Of a stretch of 64,000 bases of DNA, positions 9,290 through 17,465 are shown in pieces (position 1 is the first letter of the stretch; the number at the start of each line of letters is the position of its first letter). Source of the stretch: Spirochaetota bacterium (GTDB lineage: Bacteria; Spirochaetota; Spirochaetia; Treponematales; UBA12059). The notes below the pieces were generated by a model. The model was not told where the DNA came from and searched no databases. It was given only the letters and a program-made list of their open reading frames with translations. The stretch lies in contig JADFDI010000010.1 of the NCBI GenBank assembly GCA_018262985.1, forward strand, positions 9,274-73,273. Direction: 5' to 3'. Position numbers and translations under genes: made by a program.

Positions 9290-10738
9290 TCATGCACCTC
9301 CGACCTTGACGCGCCGCTTCCAGCGCAGGTTCCAGGCCGCCTCCGGAGCGCCATCGGACGGGGCGGCAAAACCGAGCGAAGCGGAAAGCGCGCCGCCCGC
9401 GAGGGGCAGTGTCGCGCCGAGGGACGCCTCCAGTCCGGGAGGGGCGACGAGCGCCAGCGGCAGCTCGAGCGCGAAGGCGGCGGACAAGGCCAGGCCGGCG
9501 GTCTTGAAGGCGACCGAGGGGACGAGGTGCAGCGAGAGCGAATCGGCGTCGGCGAGGGCCGACGCCAGGTCCGCGAGATCGGCCAGTATCCGGCACGAGA
9601 AGTCCGCCTCCAGCGCGCCCCCGTCGAAGCCGGCTTCAAACTCCGCGCCGAGGCGGGGCGGATCGCGCGCGGGACCTTCGCGCGTGAAGCCCAGGGCGAT
9701 CCGCCACGGGCCAGGACTCGCCTCGACGTCGAGGGCGAGATCGAGCTCGCTGCCTTCACCCTCTTCGCTCGACGAGACGAGCCGCGCGTCGAGGACGACG
9801 AAATCGGAAGGCTCGAACGAAAGGTCGGCGCGGAGCAGCAGGGCCGCGCCCTGCCGTCCCGTCGGAGTAGACCAGGCCCCGGAGCGCGCGGCGGCGGCGG
9901 CTTCGAGACCGAAAGGCCCCGAGCGGAGCCCCGCCTCCAAGCGGACGGCCGCGCCCTCCGGCCCGCGGAGCGCGTCGGTGAAGCCCGCCGCGAGGCTGGC
10001 GCGGGAGGAAGCGCGAGCGAGCGACGCGTGGAAGGCCAGCGCGAGCGCGGGACCCGCGGCCGCCACCGCCTCCGCGTCGACCCAGCTCCGCGTCGAGGGC
10101 CCGGTTTCGACGAAGCGCCAGGCGAGGAGGCCGTACGAGGCGGCGCGGGCGGGCGAAGCGTTCAGCCAGACCGTCAGGACCGGAGCCTCTCCCGCCGGCA
10201 CCCAGGCCCCGGCGCCGAACCCGTCGCCGCCCAAGGCGACTCCGAGCCTCGACGACTCGAGCGAAGCGTCGAGGGCGAAGGGACTTCCATCGGGCGCCGT
10301 CAGCCTGAAGCCCTCTCCCGCCGGGTCGAGGAGGAAGCGAGCGAGTCCGGACAACTCGAGCGGACCGACGAGCGCGTAGGTCGAGGAGAGGCCGGCGCGA
10401 ACCTCGAAGACCCGGCCCTCCGCGCCGGAGGCGGAGAGGACGAAGCGCGATGCTCCGTCCGTCAGCGCGAGGCGCGTTTCCGCCTCGGGAAGGAGGAGGC
10501 CGCTCCCGGCCGACGCGAGGGGCAGCTCCCCCGACAAGGCTTCGGAACAATCGATGACGTAGGAGCGGAGTCGCGCGTCCGCCGGGGCCGTGGCCTGGGC
10601 GGACGCGACGAACGGCCCGACGGCGGGGAGCGAGAGGAAGCAGGCGAGCGCCGCGCCGCGTAGCCGGCGGAAGGCCCGCGGTCGCGGCGGAAGCGGGCTC
10701 GTCGGAATCGGGCCAAGGGAGAACGATCCGTATGCCAT
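9290..10738 (-). CDS. secreted or outer-membrane hypothetical protein
   Basis: Signal-peptide-like RRLRGAALACFLSLPAVGPFVASAQA. Ala/Gly/Leu/Ser-rich with alternating beta-like patterning. 38 nt upstream of the lipoprotein gene on the same strand. Confidence 0.5.
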   Translation of the reverse strand: MAYGSFSLGPIPTSPLPPRPRAFRRLRGAALACFLSLPAVGPFVASAQATAPADARLRSYVIDCSEALSGELPLASAGSGLLLPEAETRLALTDGASRFVLSASGAEGRVFEVRAGLSSTYALVGPLELSGLARFLLDPAGEGFRLTAPDGSPFALDASLESSRLGVALGGDGFGAGAWVPAGEAPVLTVWLNASPARAASYGLLAWRFVETGPSTRSWVDAEAVAAAGPALALAFHASLARASSRASLAAGFTDALRGPEGAAVRLEAGLRSGPFGLEAAAAARSGAWSTPTGRQGAALLLRADLSFEPSDFVVLDARLVSSSEEGEGSELDLALDVEASPGPWRIALGFTREGPARDPPRLGAEFEAGFDGGALEADFSCRILADLADLASALADADSLSLHLVPSVAFKTAGLALSAAFALELPLALVAPPGLEASLGATLPLAGGALSASLGFAAPSDGAPEAAWNLRWKRRVKVGGA

Positions 10739-10814
10739 GCTCCCTTATCGCCCGCGCGACGAAGCCGCGCTTGCGATCCGGGACGAGGCCGGGCGGGATG
10801 CTCCCGCCGGACTC

Positions 10815-12188
10815 CTACGCCTGGCCGGAGCCGGAATCCGGGGCCGGCGCGGGACGCTCCGCCCGGGCCGGCAGCGAGCCGGGTCCCCGCGCGCGGTTCC
10901 AGGCGGAGAGCGCGAAGAGCCCGAGCGCCCCGAGCGCCGAGGTGAGCGCGATCGGCCCCCAGACCGCGCGCGCGCCGAAGGCGTCAGCGAGCGGTCCCGC
11001 GACGAGGGGCGATAGCACGCCTCCCATGATGTAGGCCAGCGAGAGCGCGCCGTTCACGCGCCCGCGATGGCTCTCGGGCGCTCGCTCGGCCACGAAGGCG
11101 TTGCCGTTGGTGGCGCCGAGGATCTCGCCGAGGGTCCAGAAGGCGGTGACGCCGAGGAAGGCCGGAACGCCGCTCACCCATCCGTAGGCGCCGAAGCCGA
11201 GCGCGTAGAACACGGAGCCGAGCGCCACCGCCGCGAGGCTCGGAAGCCTGCGGGAAGCGAGGGTGACGAGGGCCGTGGCCGCCACCACGGTGAGGCCGTT
11301 GACGCTCATGGCCCAGGTGAAGGCCTGCGCGCCGAGCGCCTCGCCGAAGGTTTCCTTCAGGGTGAGCGGCAGGGCGAAACGGTGCTGGTCGTAGACGAAG
11401 GCGGTGAGCACCGCGAGGAGGCCGTACGCGCTCAAAACCGGGTCGGCGCGGAACACCGCCAGGGTGCTCGCGCGGCCGAGGACGGGCGCCCCTCCGGCGG
11501 AGCCGTCCGCCCGGGTGGAGGGATCCGGTTTCACGGAAGGGAGCGACGACGCCGCGGCGCCGCTCCGCCTCGCCGCCCTACCCGCCGCGAGCTCGGGCAC
11601 GAAGAGCGTCGCGGTGGCGGCCGCGAGGAGGAGGGCCAGGGCGTTGCCAGCGAAAAGGGCGCGAGGGGCGTGGACGTAGAGGAAGCCCGCGAGCGCGGGC
11701 CCTACCGAGAAGCCCACGTTGTTACCCCAGTATAGAAGGGAAAAGGCCTCGCGCCGGCGCTCCGGCGGAGCGTGGTCCGCCACGAGGGCGTTGATGGAAG
11801 GCCAGGAGCCGGAAAGCAAGGCGAGGGCGACCGCCGCGAGGGCCGGGGTCCAGGGTCCGTAGCCGACGACGGCGGACGCGAGGAAGATGGCCGCGGCGAG
11901 GCTCTGGAGGAGGGCGAGGACGCGGCGACGGCCGAACGCGTCGCCGAGCTTGCCGCCCAGGAGCGATCCGACGCCCGAGAGACCCGCGACGAGCGACATG
12001 AACACGCCCGCCGCCGAACCCGACCAGCCGAGCCGGCCGGTCAGGATCATGACGAGGAGCACGTGCACGAAGCTGCCCGCCGACACGACCAGGCGGATGA
12101 GGAAGAGCGCGTAGATTGCGCGCGGCAACGGAGGCTTCCGGACCGGTGTCGCGGCGGGGACTTCGGTAGTGGACGGCATGGACCGCAT
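10815..12188 (-). CDS. MFS transporter
   Basis: About 12 hydrophobic helices, with GDAFGRRRVL (the MFS loop 2-3 motif). Start taken at MRSMPST (ATG 12188; alternative ATG 12179). The ORF extension to 12299 is unlikely. Confidence 0.8.
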   Translation of the reverse strand: MRSMPSTTEVPAATPVRKPPLPRAIYALFLIRLVVSAGSFVHVLLVMILTGRLGWSGSAAGVFMSLVAGLSGVGSLLGGKLGDAFGRRRVLALLQSLAAAIFLASAVVGYGPWTPALAAVALALLSGSWPSINALVADHAPPERRREAFSLLYWGNNVGFSVGPALAGFLYVHAPRALFAGNALALLLAAATATLFVPELAAGRAARRSGAAASSLPSVKPDPSTRADGSAGGAPVLGRASTLAVFRADPVLSAYGLLAVLTAFVYDQHRFALPLTLKETFGEALGAQAFTWAMSVNGLTVVAATALVTLASRRLPSLAAVALGSVFYALGFGAYGWVSGVPAFLGVTAFWTLGEILGATNGNAFVAERAPESHRGRVNGALSLAYIMGGVLSPLVAGPLADAFGARAVWGPIALTSALGALGLFALSAWNRARGPGSLPARAERPAPAPDSGSGQA

Positions 12189-12335
12189 TCTATCCACCCG
12201 AACGGCGGCGCGGACAGGGGTGCCCCGCGGAAATGCGCAGCGAGCTTGAGCGTGCAGGGGGCATAGGGCATCATCCCGCGTGACTGGGCGAAGCCCCATT
12301 TCCCCTTCCCCCGCGCCTCCGTCCCCGTTCCTCCC

Positions 12336-12540
12336 GAGCTCTGTCCCTCTTGAGCTCTGTCCCTCCCCGAGCTCTGTCCCAGAGCTCTATCCCTGAGCTC
12401 TGTCCCTGAGCTCTGTCCCTGAGCTCTGTCCCTGAGCTCTGTCCCTGAGCTCTGTCCCTGAGCTCTGTCCCTCCCGAGCTCTGTCCCTCTTGAGCTCTGT
12501 CCCTCCCGCGGCGGGCTCTGTCCCTCCCGAGCTCTGTCCC
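12336..12540 (-). repeat. array of 14 copies of GAGCTCTGTCCC(T), including 7 consecutive 13-bp tandem units
   Basis: Copies start at 12336, 12352, 12369, 12382(v), 12395, 12408, 12421, 12434, 12447, 12460, 12476, 12492, 12513(v), 12529. An identical 36-nt block occurs at 12331-12366 and 12471-12506. Confidence 0.95.
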
Positions 12541-12566
12541 TCAGCGCGGCCCGCAGCGCCGAGGCC

Positions 12567-12595
12567 TTGACCCGATCCGGAGGGGGCGCTATATT
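12567..12595 (+). promoter_or_regulatory. sigma70-like promoter for the glutaredoxin-like gene
   Basis: TTGACC (12567-12572), 17-nt spacer, TATATT (12590-12595). Followed by an AT-rich leader and RBS GGAGGA before ATG 12632. Confidence 0.55.
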
Positions 12596-12631
12596 ACATA
12601 TAGTTTTCTATATATTGCGGAGGAAAGCGAC

Positions 12632-12859
12632 ATGGCGATTTCCGTCTATACGACCCCCACCTGCACCTACTGCCGGCTCGTCAAGGACTGGCTCAAGCAG
12701 CGCAACGTGCGCTTCGACGAGTACGACGTGGCCCGCGACCCGCGCCGAGCCGACGAGATGGTCCGGAAGAGCGGGCAGATGGGCGTGCCCGTGACCGACA
12801 TCAACGGCCGCATCATCGTCGGCTTCAACCAGGGCGCGCTCGAGGCGGCCCTGCGCTGA
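12632..12859 (+). CDS. glutaredoxin-like protein (NrdH/YruB-type, 75 aa)
   Basis: ISVYTTPTCTYCRLVKDWL has the CxxC active site. GVPVTDINGRIIVGFN is the typical glutaredoxin C-terminal half. Confidence 0.85.
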   Translation: MAISVYTTPTCTYCRLVKDWLKQRNVRFDEYDVARDPRRADEMVRKSGQMGVPVTDINGRIIVGFNQGALEAALR

Positions 12860-13035
12860 GTACCCGGGCGGAAGGCCCGCCCGACTGCCCGGCTGCCGCG
12901 CCGCGCGCGCCGGGGCTCCGGCGGATTCCCGCCGACATGGAACGGCTCGCCCAGGTCCGGGCGGGCCGTTTCCATTTTCGCCGCTCTTCCGTCTTTCATC
13001 GGCGTCGCAGGCGGGCTATGCTACTCCGTGTAGCT

Positions 13036-14187
13036 ATGCGGAGGAACGCCGTGAAAACCAAATCGTCCGTGATCGCTTGCCTCGCGTTCGCCGCGGCGCT
13101 AGGCGCCGCCGCGCAGGAACGCCTGGCCGTGCTCGACACCGTTCTGCCCGAAGGCATCGACGGGCGCGTGGTCATCCCGATCACCGAGAAGATCATGGAG
13201 GAGTTCGTCCGCTCGAAGCGCTTCGTGGTGGTGGACCGCGCCTTCATCGAGAAGACCCTGTCGGAGAAGGAATTCAGCCTCTCGGACCTGGTGGCGGACG
13301 AGGGCAAGCTGGCCGAGTTCGGCGGCTTCCTCAAGGCCACCTACGTGGTCGTGTCGACCGTGCAGCGCCTCGAGACGCGCTACTTCATCTCGGCCAAGAT
13401 GATCGAGGTGAGCACGGGGGTCATCGTCGCGCAGGCCTCGGCGGACAAGGACGGGACCGCCACGGTCCTGATCGAGCTGGCGGGGACGGTGGGCGAGCGG
13501 CTCGTGGCCGCGGCGCTGGGCGAGAGCGGGGGCGCGTCCTCGGGTCCCGGCGTGGGCGTCGCGGCGCCGGCGAAGCCCGAAAAGCCCGCGAAACCCGCGA
13601 GCGCCCGATCCGCCTACCCGGGCGGCCGCTTCGCGAGCGCGGGCGCCTGGGTCGGGATCGGCCTCGATTCCATGGCCTTCACCAACGGCAGCGGCTACTA
13701 CCTCGACTTCTACTCGCTCGCGGACCTCGAGCTCTATCCGGCCGAGACGGTCGCGGCGATCGCCTTCGGCCTCGACGCGCGCTTCCCCCTCGGCGGCATC
13801 TTCTACGCCGGCGCCGCCGCCGGCTATGCCGAGTACTACTTCGAGGACGCGAGCTACAACGAGACCTGGACCTGGTTCCTCAACCTGGCGGGCGGCGCGG
13901 GCCTCATGCTCGAGCTCGCGGGATGGCAGGCATATCTGGGCGGCCTCGTCGGGTTCTGCGCCGGCGGGGGCGAATATTGGAACTCGTCCGGCTCGTTCAT
14001 CGAGGACTACGGCTGGGCGGGCTTCCCGCTCGGCTTCGAGCTCGGCGCGGACCGCCGGCTCTTCGGGCCGCTCACGGTCGGCGCGCGGCTCCACGGGCTC
14101 TACGGCTGGCTGGAATCCGACTCCGGAGTCAACGATACCGACAGCGCGGAATACGCGCTGTCGCTGCGGCTGGGCTGGGCGTTCTAG
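13036..14187 (+). CDS. secreted protein: CsgG/LpoB-like N-domain fused to a predicted beta-barrel C-domain
   Basis: Signal peptide. LAVLD...RFVVVDRAFIEKTLSEKEFSLSDLV...YFISAKMIEVSTG resembles the CsgG/LpoB-type fold. The C-terminal Gly/aromatic-rich region ends in ...LRLGWAF (terminal Phe, an OMP signature). Confidence 0.55.
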   Translation: MRRNAVKTKSSVIACLAFAAALGAAAQERLAVLDTVLPEGIDGRVVIPITEKIMEEFVRSKRFVVVDRAFIEKTLSEKEFSLSDLVADEGKLAEFGGFLKATYVVVSTVQRLETRYFISAKMIEVSTGVIVAQASADKDGTATVLIELAGTVGERLVAAALGESGGASSGPGVGVAAPAKPEKPAKPASARSAYPGGRFASAGAWVGIGLDSMAFTNGSGYYLDFYSLADLELYPAETVAAIAFGLDARFPLGGIFYAGAAAGYAEYYFEDASYNETWTWFLNLAGGAGLMLELAGWQAYLGGLVGFCAGGGEYWNSSGSFIEDYGWAGFPLGFELGADRRLFGPLTVGARLHGLYGWLESDSGVNDTDSAEYALSLRLGWAF

Positions 14188-14355
14188 GAGCGCGTCGCCC
14201 GGAGGCCCCGGGCCCTTCCTCCCCCTTGCGGAAGCCGGCGCGATGTCGGATAGTCCGGAGGATCCGTTCCGGCCGCGTACCGGCTTGATCCGGGCCGCCC
14301 CCTTCCCGGGCGGCGAACGGCAAATCCCGGACGCACCCTCCCCGATGGAGCACCC

Positions 14356-15168
14356 ATGACCGTGGTCTACAACGCCGTGCCGGAACTGCAGCTGGGACTG
14401 GCGGCCGTCTTCGTCTGCGTCGGCTTCGGCTTCCTGGTCCTCGCTCTCGTGTTCAGGAAGGTCAGGGGACCCGGATTCTGGGCGCTCTCCTTCTTCTCGA
14501 ACTCGGCCGGCTTCGCCTTCTGGTCCGGCCTCGTCCCGATCGACCCCGTCGCGTACCAGGTGGTCGGGGAAGCGTTCCACATCGCGGGATTCTACCTGCT
14601 CGCGGTAGGGGCGCTGCTCTTCGCCGAGGTCAGGATACCCGCGCCCGTCTACGTACCCTTCCTCCTGCTCTGGGGCCTCGCCTGGTTCCTTTCCATACGG
14701 TACTTCGGGGAGCGCCCCTACCTGGCGGGGCTCTCGCTCAAGGCGCTCCGGGCGCTCGTGCTGCTGATCTCCGGAGCCGTCCTGATGGTCGGCAGGAAGG
14801 GCCGGAACCCGGCGGGAACGAACATCGCGGGCGGCAGCCTGATCCTCTGGTCGGCCTACATCCTCGCCTCCGCGTTCGTCAGGATCGACGGCGTGGTCTA
14901 CTACGGGTTCCTCGTGGGCCTGCAGATCCTCGCCGCCTTCGGCATGGTGGCCATGCTGGTCGACGGGATCCGGACGAGCATCGGCAGGATGGAGCGGAAG
15001 GTGGAGCAGCTCGAGGGCATCCTGCCGATCTGCTCCTACTGCAAGAAGATCCGCGACGGAAACGACGAATGGCACGTGATCGAGGAATACATCGAGACCA
15101 GGTCCAAGGCCGAATTCAGCCACGGCATCTGCCCGGAATGCTTCGCCAAGCACCGGCCGGATCGATGA
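14356..15168 (+). CDS. 7-TM membrane protein with C-terminal CxxC...CxxC module
   Basis: About 7 hydrophobic helices, a short coiled segment, then ICSYCKKIRDGNDEWHVIEEYIETRSKAEFSHGICPECF. Confidence 0.7.
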   Translation: MTVVYNAVPELQLGLAAVFVCVGFGFLVLALVFRKVRGPGFWALSFFSNSAGFAFWSGLVPIDPVAYQVVGEAFHIAGFYLLAVGALLFAEVRIPAPVYVPFLLLWGLAWFLSIRYFGERPYLAGLSLKALRALVLLISGAVLMVGRKGRNPAGTNIAGGSLILWSAYILASAFVRIDGVVYYGFLVGLQILAAFGMVAMLVDGIRTSIGRMERKVEQLEGILPICSYCKKIRDGNDEWHVIEEYIETRSKAEFSHGICPECFAKHRPDR

Positions 15169-15275
15169 CGGGAACGGCGTCCCCCCGCCCGCCCCACGCG
15201 GCGCGGCCCTAAAGGAAGCCCCGCGCCGACGGAACGGCTTGCCGCGGGGCCCGGGCCGCCGTATCCTCGGACACC

Positions 15276-16070
15276 ATGAACTCCGACCAAGTGAAGGTTC
15301 TGCTCCTCGACACCGCCGAGTGCTCGACCGACTTCTCCGTGGTGCTCTCGGGCAAGGCGAGCAAGGTGGCCAACGGCATCTACAAGCCGGCCACGCGCGA
15401 GATCGTCCTGCACAACCGCAACTTCGACGACGACGTCCAGCTGGTCTACACGGCCCTGCACGAGTACGCGCACCACCTGGTGGCGGAGCGGCAGAACTTC
15501 GTGACGACGGGACGGCCCCACACCAACGAGTTCTGGAGCGCCTTCCACGACTTGCTGGAAAAGGCGGAAAAGAAAGGCCACTACCGCAACGTGTTCGAGT
15601 CGGACCCGGCCTTCGGCGAGCTCTCCGGCCGCATCAAGGCGGCCACGGGAGAGAACGGGAGGCTCCTCCTCGAGCTCGGCGCCCTCATGGTCGAGGCGGA
15701 AAAGCTCTGCCGCGAAAAAAAGGTGCGCTTCGAGGACTTCGTCGACCGCGCGCTCGGCCTGCCCCGCACGACGGCCTACGCGTCGATGCGCGCCACGACC
15801 TTCGCCCTGCCGGCGGAACTCGGCTGGGACGCGATGAAGCACGCGTCGACGCTGAAGGATCCGGAAAGGCGCGCGGTGGCGGTGGAGGCGTACCGGGCGG
15901 GCAAGGCGCCGGAGCAGGTGAAGGCCCTGGTGCGCGCCGCGGCGCCGGAAACCGATCCCGCGGAACGGCTCGAAAAGGAAAAGACCCGCCTCGAGCGGAC
16001 CATCGCCATGCTGGCGGACAAGCTCGAGCGGGTCACCCGCGAGCTCGAGAACCTGGGTTCGCCCCCCTGA
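15276..16070 (+). CDS. SprT-like HExxH zinc-metallopeptidase-domain protein with helical C-terminal region
   Basis: NGIYKPATREIVLHNRNF...VYTALHEYAHHLV (HExxH) resembles SprT-like domains. C-terminal coiled-coil (EKEKTRLERTIAMLADKLERVTRELE). Confidence 0.55.
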   Translation: MNSDQVKVLLLDTAECSTDFSVVLSGKASKVANGIYKPATREIVLHNRNFDDDVQLVYTALHEYAHHLVAERQNFVTTGRPHTNEFWSAFHDLLEKAEKKGHYRNVFESDPAFGELSGRIKAATGENGRLLLELGALMVEAEKLCREKKVRFEDFVDRALGLPRTTAYASMRATTFALPAELGWDAMKHASTLKDPERRAVAVEAYRAGKAPEQVKALVRAAAPETDPAERLEKEKTRLERTIAMLADKLERVTRELENLGSPP

Positions 16071-16225
16071 GACGAAGCCAGCCGCGGAGGCGCGGAGAAC
16101 GCGGAGAATAATGGACACGCCAGAGGAGTCGGGAAGCCGGGAGCTTGCCGATGGAATTGTCCCCGTTCCGCCGGTCCCTCTTCGTCTCCGCGGCGCAAGT
16201 CTCCTGAGATTGGGGGACTGCTGGC

Positions 16226-17188
16226 TCACAGGCCGAAGAAGAGCGGCACGAGGACGGGGACGGCGAGCGAGAGCAGGGCGCCCGAGGCGAAGGCGACCGG
16301 CACGCTCGCCGGTCCGAGGCCCTGTTCGATGAGCGGGAGGGTCACGTCCATCGCGGTCGCGCCGCCCGCGCCGATGGCCGCGAGCGGGACGCGCGTGCGC
16401 GCGAGGAAGGGGATCAGGACGAGGGCGAAGGACTCGCGGAGCAGGTTCGCAAGGAAGGCCGCCGAGCCGAGCGCGGGATCGCCCAGGTCGGCGATGAGGA
16501 CGCCCGAGAGGCTGTACCAGCCGAAGCCCGCCTGCAGGGCGAGCGCGCGGCCGAGGCCGAGGTCGAAGGCGGGCGCGAGGACGAAGGCGGCGGCGAGCGA
16601 GCCGAGCGCCGTCGCGAGGGGCACCGCGAGCGTTTCGGGGCGGAGCGCGGCTTCCTTGAACGAGATGCCGGCCTGCGCGAACTGCATGCCGACGAAGAAG
16701 AGCAGGGCGTTGAGGATCCACGCCGTCGCGAGGCCCGTGTCGAGCCCGAGGGGCGGAAGGAGCAGTCCTCCCAGCAACGCGGCGACCACGTAGGCGAGCA
16801 GGACGAGGGGATCGCGGAATCGCTTCAGGAGCGGAACGGCGCCACCCGTGCGCCCGCGGTCAGCGGTCCCCGCGCCGAGCGCCGTCCGTCCGAGGCCGGG
16901 CCGTCCGCTCAAGCGCTCGATGAGAAGCTCGACTGCGCCCACGATTACGATGGTTCCAGTCAAGCCCCCCAGGCTCGAAGCAAGGGCAAGGAGGCCGATG
17001 TCACCGAGTCGAGCCGCCAGGGCCGGGTCGTTGCCGAGCCGGAAGCCCATGACCGCGAGCAGGGCGCGGAGCACGACGCGCACGAGCAGGTCGACCGTGC
17101 GGCGCGACGGAGCCAGGCGGAGGCGCGCGGCGAGAGCGCCGGCCACGAGAAAGGCGACGAGGACGAGGATCTGCAGGAAGCCTTGCAT
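16226..17188 (-). CDS. lysO: LysO-family (DUF340, YbjE-like) lysine exporter
   Basis: GFGWYSLSGVLIADLGDPALGSAAFLANLLRE...GGATAMDVTLPLI closely parallels E. coli YbjE/LysO. Confidence 0.8.
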   Translation of the reverse strand: MQGFLQILVLVAFLVAGALAARLRLAPSRRTVDLLVRVVLRALLAVMGFRLGNDPALAARLGDIGLLALASSLGGLTGTIVIVGAVELLIERLSGRPGLGRTALGAGTADRGRTGGAVPLLKRFRDPLVLLAYVVAALLGGLLLPPLGLDTGLATAWILNALLFFVGMQFAQAGISFKEAALRPETLAVPLATALGSLAAAFVLAPAFDLGLGRALALQAGFGWYSLSGVLIADLGDPALGSAAFLANLLRESFALVLIPFLARTRVPLAAIGAGGATAMDVTLPLIEQGLGPASVPVAFASGALLSLAVPVLVPLFFGL

Positions 17189-17211
17189 GCGGGCAGTCTA
17201 GCAGAAGCGGA

Positions 17212-17389
17212 GGGCTCTGTCCCCGTCGAGACGGGCTCTGTCCCCGGAAGCGAGCGATCGCGCGGGCCGGCCGCCGAACGGGGTTGAGCTCTGTCCCTAA
17301 AGGCATCCCACGGGGCTGAGCTCTCCGATGCATTCGCCGGGGTTGAGCTCTGTCCCTCCGATGCATTCGCCGGGGTTGAGCTCTGTCCC
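17212..17389 (-). repeat. array of GAGCTCTGTCCC copies (3 exact, 2 GGGCTCTGTCCC variants, 1 decayed) with a 33-bp higher-order unit
   Basis: Copies at 17212(v), 17233(v), 17286, 17318 (decayed), 17345, 17378. The 33-nt unit ggggttgagctctgtccctccgatgcattcgcc starts at 17339, and the next unit starts at 17372. Confidence 0.9.
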
Positions 17390-17465
17390 TGATGGCAGTC
17401 CGGGCGCGAAACCCGGCCGCCCTCGCTTGACCCCCCGCGCGACGCGCCGCTAAGCTCGCCGGAAC

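Noticed and set aside
12336-12540. Possibility that the motif arrays (also 17212-17389, 24156-24230, 36889-37052, 48538-48732) are CRISPR arrays
   Set aside because: The repeat core is only 12-13 nt. Spacers are 1-50 nt and partly repeated themselves. No cas genes or leader-like organisation are present in the window.
13099-15153. 684-aa minus-strand ORF
   Set aside because: Antisense to two plus-strand genes with sensible signal peptide, TM and domain features. The product is Arg/Gly/Glu/Pro-rich with no motifs. A GC artefact.
16084-16110. Triple GCGGAG repeats after the 15276-16070 gene, a similar GC-rich repeat on the opposite strand near 26862-26885, and GGGAGAGCAG near 7850 and 26848
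   Set aside because: These are short, degenerate and composed of common GC-rich words. The similarity to each other and to the main motif is too weak to call a family without statistics.
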